Shown here in pieces: positions 31,213 through 32,000 of a stretch of 32,000 nucleotides of DNA; within the stretch, counting starts at the first letter, position 1; the number at the start of each line of letters is the position of its first letter. A program made the position numbers and the translations under genes. Source of the DNA: Microbacterium phage Quartz. The DNA lies in the sequence record ON970571.1. One strand, 5' to 3'. The notes under the pieces are model-generated. The model ran no database searches. It was not told the DNA's origin and was given only the letters and a program-made list of their open reading frames with translations.

Positions 31213-31242
31213 GTATGCCCTATAGGTAACTAATAGCACAAC
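31213..31242 (-). promoter_or_regulatory. Putative leftward promoter P10: TTGTGC-N18-CATACT
   Basis: Minus strand TTGTGCTATTAGTTACCTATAGGGCATACT upstream of the first leftward gene. Confidence 0.6.
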
Positions 31243-31321
31243 CCTGAACCCTGCATCCCTTATATAAGTACCTATACGCGCGGGCGCGCGCTATCTGAAA
31301 GCTATAAGCACTCTTAGTAGC

Positions 31322-31351
31322 CTTCCCTGCCCGTCAAGGGCAAGGGAAGGT
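31322..31351. repeat. GC-rich hairpin in the divergent control region
   Basis: CCTTCCCTGCCC / GGGCAAGGGAAGG (stem with one bulge, loop GTCAA). Confidence 0.5.
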
Positions 31352-31493
31352 GGGTAATGGAGGGGGAGAGGCCGCACCACACTCACGACGGCGCTGAACC
31401 CATAGCACTCGCAGTGACGAACCCTCGGCACGCGCCGGAGGCGCTGCTCGGGTCCGCCATCGTGACCCTTATCGCTGCCCTGTACTGTCGCGC

Positions 31494-31523
31494 TTGCGGA
31501 TGCTGCTGGGCGTGTGCTAGGGT
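31494..31523 (+). promoter_or_regulatory. Putative rightward promoter P11: TTGCGG-N18-TAGGGT (extended TGCTAGGGT)
   Basis: TTGCGGATGCTGCTGGGCGTGTGCTAGGGT upstream of 31573; same motif family on the opposite strand. Confidence 0.65.
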
Positions 31524-31572
31524 GGGTGCAGCGCCCAAGGCAGGGCGTTCCACAATTCAAGGAGTCCACACC

Positions 31573-31722
31573 ATGAGCAACACACTTGAGAAGCCGGTCA
31601 CGCAGACCATTCCCGTTCAGCTGAAGACCATCACTCGGATGGGCGAGGTTCGGCCCAGCGATCCCCGGTACGTTCAGCCTGTGAGTGCGAGGTCGCACCT
31701 GATGAACGCCGGGAGTCACTGA
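31573..31722 (+). CDS. Small hypothetical protein (49 aa), first gene of a rightward operon
   Basis: MSNTLEKPVTQTIPVQLKTITRMGEVRPSDPRYVQPVSARSHLMNAGSH*; SD AAGGAG. The track start at 31357 lies upstream of P11. Confidence 0.7.
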   Translation: MSNTLEKPVTQTIPVQLKTITRMGEVRPSDPRYVQPVSARSHLMNAGSH

Positions 31723-32000
31723 TGGGGAAGCAGTCGCTTCGGGATGTCGGGCGTTCGCACATGTCCAAGGACCAGCAGGTGATGGCTCGGGAGATGTCCC
31801 AGCCGAAGTCGCTTGCCAGCGTCATGGACCAGGTGGTCGGTCGGTCCAAGGCTGATCCGGCTGTGGAGGCGCTTGCTCTGCAGATCATCGAGACAGGGCC
31901 AGACCTTCGGCTGGGCATGCGGGAGTGGCGTGCCGTTCAGGACTTGGTCGAGGCTGGCATCGTCGCCGGGATGGCCAAGGTCGGTCCAACGCCTCGCTAG
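31722..32000 (+). CDS. Hypothetical protein (92 aa)
   Basis: MGKQSLRDVGRSHMSKDQQVMAREMSQPKS...; TGATG coupling, stop TAG 31998-32000. Confidence 0.7.
   Translation: MGKQSLRDVGRSHMSKDQQVMAREMSQPKSLASVMDQVVGRSKADPAVEALALQIIETGPDLRLGMREWRAVQDLVEAGIVAGMAKVGPTPR

Noticed and set aside
31357-31572. N-terminal extension of the 31573..31722 ORF (MEGERPHHTHDGAEPIALAV...)
   Set aside because: It spans the putative promoter P11, and the internal ATG 31573 has a well-spaced AAGGAG; kept only as a weak possibility.
1-32000. CRISPR array, integrase or transposon
   Set aside because: No regularly spaced repeats, tyrosine/serine recombinase motifs or transposase/IS ends were recognised by eye in this window; absence elsewhere in the genome cannot be judged.

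Overview
This window looks like part of a high-GC actinobacteriophage genome, probably from a Streptomyces-type siphovirus (inference). It has three blocks. (1) A rightward late block (~1-12.2 kb) encodes a tail assembly chaperone pair with a -1 frameshift architecture, tape measure, Dit-like protein, lectin-like/Tal tail protein, further minor tail proteins, a large tail protein with a GH18-like domain, an M15-type endolysin, and two holin/membrane proteins. (2) A perfect 12-bp hairpin at 12246-12287 separates it from a leftward early block (~12.3-31.2 kb). That block encodes a primase/helicase-like RepA protein, VRR-NUC nuclease, an SSB-like protein with an SAP-like segment, a Sak4-like ATPase, a Cas4/RecB-like nuclease, DNA polymerase A, an SNF2-like helicase, and MazG. 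It also carries a likely DNA base hypermodification set: a P-loop kinase, a glycosyltransferase, a divergent thymidylate synthase homologue, and an HMUDK_hel/aGPT-PPlase-like protein. (3) A divergent control region precedes the start of another rightward operon at 31.5 kb. The most interesting signals are: the putative thymine/pyrimidine hypermodification pathway; a dispersed family of TTGCg-N17-19-TAnnCT promoters, several overlapping GC-rich hairpins with a conserved GGTT-loop-AACC apical part; two promoters placed for leaderless mRNAs; a tRNA-like element with a 15-nt anticodon loop; and several small SD-preceded genes missing from the ORF track. No CRISPR array, integrase or transposase is seen.
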